Positions 62,587 through 64,000 of a stretch of DNA of 64,000 nucleotides are shown here, in pieces. The stretch is from Lytechinus pictus (Eukaryota), in contig NC_087251.1 of the NCBI RefSeq assembly GCF_037042905.1, forward strand, positions 45,386,001 to 45,450,000, in the 5' to 3' direction. Below the pieces are notes generated by a model that was not told the DNA's origin, searched no databases, and was given only the letters and a program-made list of their open reading frames with translations. Numbering within the stretch: the first letter of the stretch is position 1; each line of letters opens with the position of its first letter. A program made the position numbers and the translations under genes.

Positions 62587-64000
62587 CTGATTGAAGGATA
62601 CCCAGTTGGGCTAAAGGTAGAGAAAGCTGGTTGGCAATGGTTGTAGGTGCATCAATGGAATGTCTTGATAGCCTCAGCAGGAAAGCCCCTTTCAAAGATG
62701 CGTTCAGTTTTTCACATTCGGCAGCATCAATAGAGGCCCTTCTCGGCTGCCCCAGTAGAGGCGCTAAAGCTTTCATGAGGGCATTGTCTGGCGCAGGCTC
62801 AGAAATACTCCTCTGAGCCTGCGTGCACGAGCATGATAAGTGGTTTGGAGTTGCTGTAGAATGCGGAACCACTGCAGGTTCTTTGAGGGTCGGTAAGAGA
62901 GTTGTACTGCTGGGGCTACTGATTTTGTTGTTAGGTGAAGTTTCCGTTTTCAGATTGTTACTCTTTCTATCTGAGGCTTCATCTGGAGTTCTATTGCCTT
63001 GAGGTTTTATAGGTTTTCCACAGCGGGAGCATGTTTGTGCACTTGTCTCAGTAGCAAGTTCAGATTTGCTAGATGTTGGGGGTGTATCATTTTTCAGTTT
63101 TGCCTTTATGGCAGGTTTCTTGGGTTCCTTAGCTTTTTCCTGTCCATTCGTCACACTAGTATGTTCCGTAATCCTTTTCCCCTTGGAATCACTTCCAACT
63201 TTACATGTATCCTTTGCAACTTTGATATCTGATGATATAGATCTACTTGTCAACAAATCACCTCCCTGTGCATCACTTACACTCTGACTTGCCTTAGGTT
63301 TCTTTGGTGCTGACACTTTTACAGGCATTTTCTCAACAAAATCATCCCTTTCGTACAACAGATGCACTTTGGTCTCTGCCGTCAGACTCGCTTCTCGTCT
63401 TGCCCTTGGAGCACGCGGCGGTAGCGTGTCTGCAAATTTGAACCTGCGCTTTTTCGGCTTTCCATCTTCGGGAGAGCTAAGACCTTCGCGTCCCGCCATG
63501 CTTCCATCGTCAGTGAATGAATCCTCTGTGCAACTGCTTAATACAGACTCGCTCCCAACACTCTCTGAGACGGATCCCTTTCGTTTCCTCTTGCTATCAA
63601 CACCTGAATCGCTTGAGCCAAGAGTATTTTTCCGAACGACTTCCTTTGGCTTGCCACCCCCTCTGGGTGATGTTCTTCCTGTAGCTTGTTTAGGTTTACC
63701 CATATCTCCTGCTGCGTTATTCTTTACCCCAGGCGTCCTAATGAAGGCAACCTCACTGTCAACCTTCTCAAATCTTTCTTCGTCGATTTCATTGGGTTCC
63801 GAAACATTTTCATCAAAAACAGAATCGTTCGAGATGCTGTGGGAAAGGCTTGGTCTCTTATGTTCACCTATCGATGCATGGCTGCTTTTCAGACGTCCAT
63901 TCTGCTGCACCTTTGCACTGGTAGGAGAAACGCTGTTGGTATGCCTGTCCGCATTGTGGGTGTCTTTGTGATTGTTCTGCGTTTTGGAATTTGGGAATGC
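62587..64000 (-). CDS. BAHD1: BAHD1 large coding exon, low-complexity S/K/P-rich region; begins beyond the window end
   Basis: Frame is open from 64000 (AFPNSKTQ...) through the 467-aa ORF. Donor TCAG|GTAAGC at 62587/62586 is phase 1 and matches the next exon. Identity comes from the downstream BAH exons. Confidence 0.8.

Noticed and set aside
63369..63971. 200-aa plus-strand ORF
   Set aside because: Antisense shadow of the BAHD1 exon with no domain.

Overview
AT-rich, intron-rich animal genomic DNA; the repeat landscape suggests a sea urchin or other invertebrate deuterostome (inference only). One host gene is supported: BAHD1 on the minus strand. Four phase-compatible coding exons lie in the window (62587->64000, 57023-57243, 52001-52160, 11949-12025), and the gene continues past both window edges. 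A ~40-kb intron splits the BAH domain. That intron holds a very young Gmr1-type Ty3/Gypsy retrotransposon (38485-50822; 1417-bp LTRs with no difference seen by eye; order gag-PR-IN-RT-RNaseH), whose RNase H is interrupted by a 4.4-kb non-autonomous Harbinger-like element. The rest is MITEs of several superfamilies, Helentron-type (HINE) elements, SINEs, an L2 fragment and (ATC)n microsatellites. The most unusual signals are: (1) a 39-nt primer-binding site matching nt 38-76 of tRNA-Pro; (2) a SINE-like element with a 7SL Alu-domain head; (3) pervasive TA-CATG-TA, TA-GGCC-TA and TA-CCGG-TA insertions that look like serial transposon excision footprints; (4) a 180-bp duplication flanking the retrotransposon; (5) a duplicated BAHD1 splice acceptor that could act as a poison exon. 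All comparisons were made by eye or against remembered reference sequences; no searches were run.
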